Source: a candidate division WWE3 bacterium | GTDB taxonomy: Bacteria > Patescibacteriota > WWE3 > UBA101185 > UBA10185 | Direction of reading: 5' to 3' | DNA length: 64,000 nucleotides | Assembly: GCA_016182565.1 (NCBI GenBank) | Contig: JACPGI010000004.1 | Span: forward strand, 40,321 to 104,320 | The notes under the pieces: model-generated | What the model saw: only the letters and a program-made list of their open reading frames with translations | What the model was told of the DNA's origin: nothing | The model's database searches: none | Shown: positions 1 through 8,647 of the stretch, piece after piece | Layout: every line of letters starts with the position of its first letter | How positions within the stretch are numbered: the stretch's first letter is position 1 | Program-made: the position numbers and the translations under genes

Positions 1-188
1 CACACCCACCCATGACCTGTTTAACAGCCGGATGCCGCCTGACTGCGTCAATACCCATGCGTTGGTACCTATCTGCGAGATCTCTGTGCAGATTTTTATG
101 TGCGACCAGAGAGTTGTATCCGGCAAAGATCAACATTGTGACCACAGCGACAAGAAATATCGTTAACGAAATCCAATTTGTTTCCATT
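1..188 (-). CDS. 5'-partial membrane protein, possibly LemA-like (N-terminal TM helix then YNSLV motif); runs off window start
   Basis: Minus-strand ATG at 186-188, open to position 1. Translation METNWISLTIFLVAVVTMLIFAGYNSLVAHKN... ~50% GC versus ~35% background. Confidence 0.35.
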
Positions 189-293
189 TTATATTCACTC
201 CATTGATTTGATTTTTATCTTTTGGATATTGTACTACCCTAATCCTAAAATGTAAAACGCTATAGGGCATTAAATAGTCTAAGATTGAGCTAG

Positions 294-845
294 CTAATGG
301 GTTTTTACAAAAATTGAGATAAAAGCGCTTCCGTACCTTCTGGTATCATAGATTTCTAGGTTTTGGGTATTTTTAATAGCATCTTTAATATCAGTGTCTT
401 TACCGTGTGAAAACACAATTACTCCGTTTTCTTTTAAGATATGAGACATATTTTCAAAAAGATATCTATGGTGAGTTTCGACAAAAAAAGGATCAGCAAA
501 GATGATGTCGTAATTTGTATCACACTCTTCAGTGTATTTTATTGCATCTTTTTTGATGATTTCTGCTTTATCACTTAGTTTTGCTTTTATGAGGTTATCT
601 TGGATGGTTTTAATGGCTGATCTTGCATCGTCTACAAAATCGCAGTGTGCTGCTCCCCTACTTAAAGCCTCAATGCCTAGGTTGCCACTTCCTGAGTAAA
701 GATCAAGGCAGTTTGCTTTTAGTATCTTTGTGCTGAGCATAGAAAAGATGGCAAGTTTTGCTTTATCTTGTACAGCTCTAAAGCCCTCTACTTCTGGGGC
801 TAATAATATAATGCCTTTTGCGCTACCTGATGTGATGCGGAACAT
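294..845 (-). CDS. rsmD: 16S rRNA (guanine966-N2)-methyltransferase RsmD
   Basis: DLYSGSGNLGIEALSRGA SAM-binding motif and ADPFF (DPPF-like) motif; typical ~180 aa size. Confidence 0.8.
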   Translation of the reverse strand: MFRITSGSAKGIILLAPEVEGFRAVQDKAKLAIFSMLSTKILKANCLDLYSGSGNLGIEALSRGAAHCDFVDDARSAIKTIQDNLIKAKLSDKAEIIKKDAIKYTEECDTNYDIIFADPFFVETHHRYLFENMSHILKENGVIVFSHGKDTDIKDAIKNTQNLEIYDTRRYGSAFISIFVKTH

Positions 846-1661
846 AATGTATGTATTTTAACCTATAAGTGGTAAATGGGGAATATATTACTTTGTGGGA
901 GAGCCAAATAACAATTGAAAAAACTGTTTAGAAATTGAAACACCGCACAGATTCTTTTTGTAAAGAGATCGTGTGCGGTGACTATTTGTGCGCGAAGCAG
1001 ATGCTCATTTCTTTTTCCGCTGAGAAATGAATATAAGACTGTTTACAGGTTTCTTTATTGCTCCCGTGATGGTGGTCTCGTTATACACCTGCTTCTTTGT
1101 CTAGAGGTATTGTGGATCTTAGGCTGACTTCACGCTTTGAAGTCGAACTTAAAATTGAGCTAACCGCCCGATTGCGCTGGCTGCTCATACCTCGTAACTA
1201 AGATATTTATACCACCAACCTATAGTTCTGTCAAGAGGGGGAGGGGGTAGGGATGTTAGGTTATGGCATCTATAGTTATTGGGTGTGATTTCAGACTGTG
1301 ATAACGTGTTGCAGTAAAGGGAAAAATATGTCGCACATACACTAAAAGAGCGTAGCCGGTATGTATACAGGTTACGCTCTTTGTTTTTAGATGGAGCCAT
1401 GAGGGCCAAAGTTTGGCTTGACACTTCAGCAATTTTCAAAACGGGAGCGCAGCACGCGAAACGGCTCCCACAGACACCAAAAACCGATCACACGGAGGAT
1501 GGATGCTCCAACCGTGGAAAACAGCGCAATACCCAAGGATGCGTGGGTAGAACCTGCGCCTCAAAACACCTTCAGCCCTCATGGCATGTACAAACTAACA
1601 AAACTTGCTTTGGTTGTCAACAATAATCTTGTCACACCTACATACAAAGTTTAGATTTTAG
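846..1661. other. ~0.8 kb GC-rich (about 45-50%) tract with no convincing ORF; candidate structured ncRNA locus or decayed foreign gene
   Basis: Only short low-complexity ORFs on both strands. Strong +strand terminator at 1345-1388. 11-bp long-range complement GCCATGAGGGC(1392-1402)/GCCCTCATGGC(1576-1586). 9-bp hairpin CACCGCACA/TGTGCGGTG at 941-979. Confidence 0.3.
1345..1388 (+). terminator. Rho-independent terminator-like hairpin (10-bp outer stem AAAGAGCGTA/TACGCTCTTT plus inner pairs, then GTTTTT)
   Basis: Near-perfect 16-17 bp hairpin with tiny loop followed by T5 on + strand only; no annotated +strand gene upstream. Confidence 0.45.
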
Positions 1662-3686
1662 TTAACTTTTGTGTATTAGTTTGTTATTGATGCTTTCCAG
1701 TTTCTTTTTTAATTTAGGGTATGTATCAATTTTTGCAAAGTATTTTTTAGCATCTGCTTTTGAGTCTTCTATCAATTTCATGTCACTAAAGTCAGCAACC
1801 CTAAATCTTTTAAAGCCGTGTTGATCTGTGCCATACATATCACCCTGCCCACGTAGTCGCATATCTACCTCTGCAAGTTCTAACCCATTATCGTATTTTT
1901 CTAAGTTTTTAAGTCTTATATATGAATTTCTTGAATTATTTGAAGCAAACACAAGGCAGTACCCCACTTGTCCCGCTCTACCTACTCTACCTCTAAGCTG
2001 GTGTAGTGATGCAAGTCCATATCTTTCGGCGCTTTCAATTACAATTATTGTGGCATCAGGTATATCTACTCCCACCTCAATAACTGGTGTTGCTACAAGT
2101 ATTTTGATTTCCCCATCTCTAAATGCATTTATAGTTTTTTGCTTTTCTTTTGCTGTCATTCGCCCATGCAGTAGCCCAATAGCCTTTCCTTTAAAAGCAC
2201 CATTTTTAAGGTTTGTATATTCAACTTCGGCTGCTTTTACATTTTCCAAGCTTTCATGTTCAGACTCGCTTATCAGAGGGCATACTATAAAAGTCGGCTT
2301 GTCCTGTTCTACAACCCACTTTAAAGCATCATTTCTTTTATTTTCAGCTAAAATCCAGGTTTTGATGTTCTTCTTTTTGTTTTCAGGCGCTATCAAAGAA
2401 GATATGGCTAGATCTCCATAGATTGTAAGTGCCAAAGTTCTAGGAATTGGTGTTGCTGTCATTGTAAGAAGATGCGGAACTTCTTCGTGAGTACCAAGTG
2501 CAAGTAACCTAGCTCTTTGTTCCACCCCAAAGCGATGTTGTTCATCTACCACAATAAGCCCGATTTTGTCCATCTTGTCTTCTAGAAAAAGCAAGGCATG
2601 GGTGCCAATTATAATATCTCCTTTCGAGTTTAGGTTTTTTGAAGTACTTGTTTTAAGCTCTACTTTGACTCCAAGAGGCTCAAAGAAGCTTTTGAAGGTT
2701 TCATAGTGTTGGTTGGCAAGTATTTCAGTAGGAGCCATATATAGGGTTTTGTAGCCACAAAGATAGGTCATATAAGAAGCTACCAACGCTACCGCAGTCT
2801 TTCCTGAGCCCACATCCCCCTCAAGAAGCCTATTCATAGGTGTAGTCTTAGCTAGATCAATCTCTATCTCTTTTATAGCTTGCACCTGTGAATCAGATAG
2901 AGTGAAAGGTAGTGAGTTGGTAAAATCTTTTATACTTTTTTGTATTTTGGCCTGTGAGGTGTCCAGTGGAGTTGATTTTAAGGTTTTCTCCCATTCAAAC
3001 TTTTTTTGCTCAATTCTAAGAAGTTCCAAAAAAAACTCTTCATAGGCAAATCTTTTTTTGACATGTGGTGCATCAAATAAACTATTTGGGAAATGAAATG
3101 TGTTTAAAGCATCTTCAAAAACTTTAAAGTTGTATTTATTTAATACCTCTTTCGGTAGAAATTCCTCCAGAACCAACCCACTATGTAAGATGTCGTTAAT
3201 TCTAGTACGGAGCCATTTGGAACTTATCCCGCTTGTTTCCGGATAAATTGGCACAAGTCTTCCTGTGCTTGTAGATTTTCCACTATTCAATTCTTCCATT
3301 TCTGGGCTGATAAAAGAAAGTTTGTTGTTAAAAGAATTTATCTTACCACTCACATTGTAGGTTTTTCCTACCTCCAAACTATTTTTTATGAAAAGCATGT
3401 TAAACCATAGTATTGAGACTTTTCCTGTTTCATCTGAGATGATTGCTTTAGTGAACTTCTTACCTGTTTTTGTAAATATATTTTCGATTTTTTCAAGGGT
3501 TGCTTTTACGGTGCATATTTCGTATATTATCAAATCTTTAATAAGTTTAACTTGACTATAGTCGTCGTACCTAAAAGGGAAATGATACAAAAGATCTTCG
3601 ACTGTTTTTATTTCTAGTTTCCCAAGTAGGTAAGTAAATTTTGGACCAATCTTTGGGACTGATGATACAGGACTTGTTAATTGCAT
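1662..3686 (-). CDS. recG: ATP-dependent DNA helicase RecG
   Basis: Walker A GDVGSGKT, DEQHRFG (DEAH-like) box, helicase C-terminal motifs, N-terminal wedge region; 674 aa. Confidence 0.9.
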   Translation of the reverse strand: MQLTSPVSSVPKIGPKFTYLLGKLEIKTVEDLLYHFPFRYDDYSQVKLIKDLIIYEICTVKATLEKIENIFTKTGKKFTKAIISDETGKVSILWFNMLFIKNSLEVGKTYNVSGKINSFNNKLSFISPEMEELNSGKSTSTGRLVPIYPETSGISSKWLRTRINDILHSGLVLEEFLPKEVLNKYNFKVFEDALNTFHFPNSLFDAPHVKKRFAYEEFFLELLRIEQKKFEWEKTLKSTPLDTSQAKIQKSIKDFTNSLPFTLSDSQVQAIKEIEIDLAKTTPMNRLLEGDVGSGKTAVALVASYMTYLCGYKTLYMAPTEILANQHYETFKSFFEPLGVKVELKTSTSKNLNSKGDIIIGTHALLFLEDKMDKIGLIVVDEQHRFGVEQRARLLALGTHEEVPHLLTMTATPIPRTLALTIYGDLAISSLIAPENKKKNIKTWILAENKRNDALKWVVEQDKPTFIVCPLISESEHESLENVKAAEVEYTNLKNGAFKGKAIGLLHGRMTAKEKQKTINAFRDGEIKILVATPVIEVGVDIPDATIIVIESAERYGLASLHQLRGRVGRAGQVGYCLVFASNNSRNSYIRLKNLEKYDNGLELAEVDMRLRGQGDMYGTDQHGFKRFRVADFSDMKLIEDSKADAKKYFAKIDTYPKLKKKLESINNKLIHKS

Positions 3687-3735
3687 AACTATTACACAAT
3701 GCTACCATTTGAAAAAAAGTTCAAATGCTTTTTAT

Positions 3736-3996
3736 TTATCTTATGATATAGGGCAAGACATAACTTGCAATAAGTGCAATTGAAACAAATGCTATGACGA
3801 TTTTTTGCATAGTCTTAAGACTAAACGTGTGTTTGAAAGCTCTTTTTATCTTTCGTCTTAATTCCTTACGCTTTTTTTTGTCTTTGTAATCTTCATGCGC
3901 CTGGTTTATTTGTGAAATCCAGTATTTTGGATTTAATTTCAAAAGCAAGCTTTGCAAGAATTCACTCCAAGTCTTTTCATGCTCAAAGATATTCAT
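3736..3996 (-). CDS. small basic membrane protein, hypothetical
   Basis: Lys/Arg-rich stretch KDKKKRKELRRKIKR then C-terminal TM helix. Annotated start overlaps tyrS; internal ATG (MNIFEHEK) avoids the overlap. Confidence 0.4.
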   Translation of the reverse strand: MNIFEHEKTWSEFLQSLLLKLNPKYWISQINQAHEDYKDKKKRKELRRKIKRAFKHTFSLKTMQKIVIAFVSIALIASYVLPYIIR

Positions 3997-4000
3997 AAAG

Positions 4001-5197
4001 CTACTTAATTTGAGCATAAAATCTTTTTCCAAACTTAATTATATCTCCTGAGTTATTTTCCAAAAGTTGATTTGGATCAGTTATTTTGATGCCATTTATT
4101 TCTACCCCACCTTGAATGACTGTTCTTTTTATATCTCCCGAAGAAGTAGTTTCACCAAGAACTAACTTTAAAGTTTCAAGAAGAGGGGTATTTTTAGCAA
4201 TTTCTACAATGGTAATTTCGCTAGGTAGCTCTTTGTTTTGGACTGTTTTTTCAAAATGATTCTGGGCTTCTTGTGCACTTTTTTCACCGTGATAGAAGTT
4301 AACAACATCTTTTGCCAAGCGTTTCTTAAATTCCATTGGATTCGCACCGTTTTTAACTTCTGTTTTCATCTGGGTAATTTCATCCATAGACACACGAGTT
4401 ACAAGTTCAAAATATTCAAATATCACCTCATCAACTATAGACATTAGTTTCCCGTACATATTTTCTGGTGAATCAAGGATTGGGATGAAGTTTTTAAGGG
4501 ATTTACCCATAGGCCTGCCATCACTTCCTGTAAGAAGTTTTGTGACAACTGCAGATTGAGGTATTTGCCCAAAAACCGGCATTAGTTTTCTGCCAGCAAG
4601 AAGGTTAAAAGTTTGGTCTGTTCCGCCAAATTCGACATCACAATCTAGGGCTACTGAATCATAACCCTGCATAAGAGGATACATAAATTCATCGAGTCCA
4701 ATTGGTTTTTGCTCTTTGTAACGGAGCATGAAAGTTTCTCTTTCTAGCATTTGTGCTATGGTAAATTGTTTTGTGAGATTTAAGATGTCGTTGAAGTCTA
4801 GTTTTTTTAACCATTCTGAGTTATGTCTTATCTCAGTCCCCTCTTTTAATACTGTTTTGAAAAATTGTTCTTTGTAATGTTCTTCATTTTTTTTGATTTC
4901 TTCAGCAGAAGTTTCCATGCGCATATCAACTTTGTCTGAATGGTCTCCGACTAATGTTGTGAAGTCCCCTATTATTAGTGTGACTTTGTGCCCTAGTTCT
5001 TGAAAATCCCCTATTTTTCTGTGAACCACAGTGTGGCCTAAGTGAAGATTTGGTCCTGTGACATCTGTACCAAGTTTGAGGTGTAATTGTTTGCCGCTTA
5101 ATAGTTTTTCTTCTAATTCTTCAGCGGTAAAAACTTCATGAACTCCACGAGTAAGTAATTCTTTTATTTTTTTAGGATCAGTGTCGATTTTTGCCAT
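4001..5197 (-). CDS. tyrS: tyrosine--tRNA ligase
   Basis: HIGH motif (PNLHLGH), KMSKS-like (PMGKS), C-terminal S4-like domain (IKRTVIQGGVEINGIKI). Confidence 0.9.
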   Translation of the reverse strand: MAKIDTDPKKIKELLTRGVHEVFTAEELEEKLLSGKQLHLKLGTDVTGPNLHLGHTVVHRKIGDFQELGHKVTLIIGDFTTLVGDHSDKVDMRMETSAEEIKKNEEHYKEQFFKTVLKEGTEIRHNSEWLKKLDFNDILNLTKQFTIAQMLERETFMLRYKEQKPIGLDEFMYPLMQGYDSVALDCDVEFGGTDQTFNLLAGRKLMPVFGQIPQSAVVTKLLTGSDGRPMGKSLKNFIPILDSPENMYGKLMSIVDEVIFEYFELVTRVSMDEITQMKTEVKNGANPMEFKKRLAKDVVNFYHGEKSAQEAQNHFEKTVQNKELPSEITIVEIAKNTPLLETLKLVLGETTSSGDIKRTVIQGGVEINGIKITDPNQLLENNSGDIIKFGKRFYAQIK

Positions 5198-5297
5198 GAT
5201 GACAGTATAGTGTTTTTTGAGAAAAAAGTGAATAAATATGATTCGAGGACCCCCAACATGTGTTGTAAAGGTCCTCTTGTATTTGATTTAATTTTGA

Positions 5298-5636
5298 CTA
5301 CATGCTGGAAAAGTTTCCTGGCTGCATGTTAAAGAAGGCCAGATTTAAAGTGTGGATGAACCGGTCGAATTCTTCTCCGGGCAATCTTATGTTTACTTTT
5401 CTCAAGTTGGCACTGATTGCGCCCAGGCACTCTGTGTCAATTCTGAAGCCTGAACCATCCCTTTCCAGTTTTATGCCGGTTGCAAGGACCATACCGTTTC
5501 TATCGTTCATGCGTAATGTAACTCCGGAAACGCCGTCATGAGTTGGATTTAAGGAGCCTCCGAGGATACAGACCAGCACATCTTGTCTGTAGAACTTGGT
5601 TCTTATGGTACCTTGCTCTTTTGGACCTTTTGACAT
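5298..5636 (-). CDS. hypothetical protein, atypically GC-rich (~46%)
   Basis: Internal ATG (MSKGPKEQ...) preceded by AAGGTGG SD with 7-nt spacing; no recognisable family; GC well above flanks. Confidence 0.5.
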   Translation of the reverse strand: MSKGPKEQGTIRTKFYRQDVLVCILGGSLNPTHDGVSGVTLRMNDRNGMVLATGIKLERDGSGFRIDTECLGAISANLRKVNIRLPGEEFDRFIHTLNLAFFNMQPGNFSSM

Positions 5637-5841
5637 TATTTGTTCCACCTTTGCATTAGATTTAATTTCAATGTGACTTATAGCATAAATAGAGCCGGAT
5701 TGGAAATAGTTACTTTCCCAACCCGGCTCTACTTTTAATCAGATTATTTCACAGTTGGAGTGTAGTTTTTCCGTATCTTGTTTGTCGTTTTACCTTTAAA
5801 TCAACACTAACTTATTGCCATACTGGGTACCAGCCATAGTT

Positions 5842-5870
5842 TTATTCAAGAACTATTTTCCTGCTATAAT
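5842..5870 (+). promoter_or_regulatory. putative sigma70-like promoter (TTATTC-17-TATAAT) ending ~9 nt before the PBP ATG, implying near-leaderless mRNA
   Basis: TTATTC at 5842-5847, 17-nt spacer, TATAAT at 5865-5870; ATG at 5880; no SD present. Confidence 0.3.
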
Positions 5871-5879
5871 TTACAGACA

Positions 5880-8582
5880 ATGGCCATGAATAACTTTAAA
5901 TTTTCAAAATCCCGCTCTGGTTTTATTTCCAAATTTCTCCCAGATATAAAAAGTAGATTTTCGACTAGAACTTCAGCTAGAAAGACTTTTGGTAAATTCT
6001 CCCTTTTACCAACTGACTCAAAAAAACGAAGATTTATACTTATACTTCTTACTTATGGCATTTCTTTTGCCCTTTTTTGTTTAGTAATTGGGGTGCTAGT
6101 AGTTACTGTTACACTTGCAATATTTTCAAGAGACTTACCAAACCCAAACACTCTTCTTGAAAGATCGGAAGAACTTTCCACAAAAATTACAGATAGAAAC
6201 GGTGCACCAATTTACGAAGTTTTTGGTGAAAAACATCGAGTTTTAGCAAAACTTCCTGAAATTTCCCCCGACTTAGTTCATGCCACACTAGCTGTAGAGG
6301 ATTCAAATTTTTATTCACATCAAGGTGTGTCATTTAGGGGTATGCTACGAGCTGTGAAAAATATGATTTTTGGAGGAAACTTGCAGAGTGGTTCAACTCT
6401 TACTCAGCAGGTCGTGAAAAACGCACTTTTAACTCAGGAGCAGACCGTAACAAGAAAACTTAAAGAATTAATTTTGTCTTTACAGCTTGAGAACAGATAT
6501 ACCAAAGACGAGATATTACAGATGTATTTAAATGAAACACCATATGGTGGCCAAAACTATGGTGCTTACACGGCATCTAAAGCTTATTTTAATAAATTAC
6601 CAAACGAACTAAGTATGGCTGAATCAGCCTTTATTGCAGGCCTACCCCAAAGCCCTACAAGATATTCCCCCTTTAGTTCAGATCCATCCCGTGGCCTTGA
6701 ACGCAAAAATTATGTTTTATATTTGATGAAAGAAAGAGGATGGTTAGATGATAAAGGAACAAGGCATTTTATTTCTGAGGATGAGTATAAAAATTCTTTG
6801 GCTGTGGAGTTAAAGTTTCAGCCAAGCGCGGCGTCTTTTAAAGCCCCCCACTTTGTTTTTTTTGTACGTGAATATTTGGCAGATTTGCTTGGTGAAAATG
6901 TTATAGAACAAGTGGGTCTTCAAGTAACAACTACCCTTGATTTGAAAATGCAGGATGAAGTTCAGCAGATTGTCAAAGATGAGGTTGATAGCGCAAAAAA
7001 TCTAAAAGTTTATAATGGCTCACTTGTTGCGCTTGATGCAAAATCTGGGCAGATTTTGGCAATGGTTGGTTCTAAAGACTATTTTGCTCCTTCTGAACCC
7101 GAAGGTTGTACATCTGGTATTACTGGTGAAGGAAGCTGCGTTTTTGAACCAAACCTGAACGTAACCTTAGCAAGGAGGCAGCCGGGTTCTTCAATAAAGC
7201 CAATTACTTATGCAACCATGCTTGAACAAGGTTATTCTGTAGCTTTTCCTTTTCTAGATGTGCCTACAGCTTTTCGCGGAGCTGACGGAGGCAAAGATTA
7301 TAAGCCTGTAAATTATGATGGTAAGTTTCGAGGAGTTGTTCCTTTGAGAAAAGCTTTAGGTAATTCTTTGAATATTCCAGCTGTAAAAGCGGTGCAAATG
7401 GTGGGAGTTAAAAATATGATTAAGCAAGCTTCCAAAATGGGAATTTCTACCTTTGAAAATGTTGAAAGATATGGTCCTGCTATAACTCTTGGTGGAGGTG
7501 AAACAAAACTTCTTGAGATGACTGCAGCTTATTCTGTATTTGCATCAGGTGGATTGTATCGCGCGCCAACCCCCATACTTGAGATAAAAAATGCTAAGGG
7601 AGATGTGATTTATTCCTACCGAGATAATGGTGGGGAAAGAGTTTTAAGTGAGGAAACCGCTTATCTTATCTCAGATATTTTATCTGATGATGGAGCTAGA
7701 GCTGATGCATTTGGGTCTAATAGTATGTTAAACATAGGTGGTCAAGAGGTAGCTGTAAAAACAGGAACCACTGATGACAAAAGAGATAACTACGCCCTTG
7801 GTTTTACTAAAGATGTAGTTGTAGGGGCTTGGGTAGGAAATAATAACAACGAGCAGATGCTTGGTATTGCTTCCGGTATTTCAGGAGCAACCCCAATCTG
7901 GCGAAAATCAATACTTACTTTTCTTAAAGATAAAAAGCCAAATTATTTTGACCCTGTGAAAAATGTCAAAAAAATAGAAATAGATAAATTGACTGGAATG
8001 CTTCCGTACGGAGATAGAGATAGGAAAGCTGATTGGTTTAAGGTAGGGTCTGAACCAACTTCTGTAAGCACTTGGTATAAAAGACTTGAAATATGTGAGG
8101 AAGATGGTCGAATTGCAAACGAAGCTTGTGATAATGCAGATCAAACCGAGACCAAAACATTTATTGATATACAGGCAGAACGCCCTGAATGGCAAGATGA
8201 TGTAGATAACTGGGTTGGTGAAAGCTTCAAAGACCAAGAAGAGTACTTCGCGCCTAAAATGACTTCAGAATTAAAGTTTGATGGTGATGAGGCAGAAAAA
8301 GCAGATCCTGTAGTAGCAATAGTAAATAAAGTTGATGGGCAGGAAGTTCCGCTTGGTTTTAGGATTTCAGCAGAGGTGTCATCAGCTAGGGACATAAGCA
8401 AAGTTCAGTTTTATATGGATGGAAACGAGGTTGGTTCTGATAAGTCTTATCCATATGGGTATAATTTTGAATTTGGTAGTGGAACGTATGGAATACATGA
8501 GTTTAAAGTAAAAGCTATCGACAAAAATGATAATGAAGGTGAGACGTCAATAAGATTAAATATAGTAGGATTTAGGTTTTAG
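5880..8582 (+). CDS. class A penicillin-binding protein (glycosyltransferase GT51 + transpeptidase) with ~200-aa C-terminal extension
   Basis: GT51 motifs EDSNFYSHQG, GGSTLTQQ; transpeptidase SSIKP (SxxK), SLN (SxN), KTGTT (KTG); N-terminal TM anchor. Confidence 0.85.
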   Translation: MAMNNFKFSKSRSGFISKFLPDIKSRFSTRTSARKTFGKFSLLPTDSKKRRFILILLTYGISFALFCLVIGVLVVTVTLAIFSRDLPNPNTLLERSEELSTKITDRNGAPIYEVFGEKHRVLAKLPEISPDLVHATLAVEDSNFYSHQGVSFRGMLRAVKNMIFGGNLQSGSTLTQQVVKNALLTQEQTVTRKLKELILSLQLENRYTKDEILQMYLNETPYGGQNYGAYTASKAYFNKLPNELSMAESAFIAGLPQSPTRYSPFSSDPSRGLERKNYVLYLMKERGWLDDKGTRHFISEDEYKNSLAVELKFQPSAASFKAPHFVFFVREYLADLLGENVIEQVGLQVTTTLDLKMQDEVQQIVKDEVDSAKNLKVYNGSLVALDAKSGQILAMVGSKDYFAPSEPEGCTSGITGEGSCVFEPNLNVTLARRQPGSSIKPITYATMLEQGYSVAFPFLDVPTAFRGADGGKDYKPVNYDGKFRGVVPLRKALGNSLNIPAVKAVQMVGVKNMIKQASKMGISTFENVERYGPAITLGGGETKLLEMTAAYSVFASGGLYRAPTPILEIKNAKGDVIYSYRDNGGERVLSEETAYLISDILSDDGARADAFGSNSMLNIGGQEVAVKTGTTDDKRDNYALGFTKDVVVGAWVGNNNNEQMLGIASGISGATPIWRKSILTFLKDKKPNYFDPVKNVKKIEIDKLTGMLPYGDRDRKADWFKVGSEPTSVSTWYKRLEICEEDGRIANEACDNADQTETKTFIDIQAERPEWQDDVDNWVGESFKDQEEYFAPKMTSELKFDGDEAEKADPVVAIVNKVDGQEVPLGFRISAEVSSARDISKVQFYMDGNEVGSDKSYPYGYNFEFGSGTYGIHEFKVKAIDKNDNEGETSIRLNIVGFRF

Positions 8583-8647
8583 AGTTAAGATTTTTGTCTA
8601 CTTAAAACTTAAAAGTTAGTTTGTGAACGGGTACCTATCTTGCTTTT

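Noticed and set aside
12-206. Track ORF 12..206 (+)
   Set aside because: Composition and hydropathy fit a minus-strand membrane-protein N-terminus (ATG at 186-188) much better; the + frame has no SD and a Cys/Arg-rich nonsense-like sequence
1185-1654. Track ORFs 1185..1439(-), 1381..1626(+), 1418..1654(+) in the GC-rich tract
   Set aside because: Mutually overlapping, no SD, low-complexity/Arg-Cys-rich translations typical of random frames in GC-rich DNA; region treated as non-coding or decayed
846-1661. RNase P RNA, tmRNA, SRP RNA or T-box assignment for the GC-rich tract
   Set aside because: Searched by eye for GGAAAGUCC/ACAGAA (RNase P), tRNA-like 5'/3' ends with GGUUCGA T-loop and tag ORF (tmRNA), GGAAG..GCAGCC (SRP) on both strands; none found
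1828-2421. 197-aa + strand ORF inside recG, and similar antisense ORFs inside PBP, pheT, thrS, SHMT-like, leuS, ATPase genes
   Set aside because: Fully embedded antisense to strongly supported conserved genes; no SD; low-complexity products
5680-5725. Hairpin AGAGCCGG...CCGGCTCT in the divergent region upstream of the PBP
   Set aside because: 8-bp stem with 23-nt loop and no U-tract in either orientation; lies between divergent promoters, so not a terminator; function unassignable from sequence
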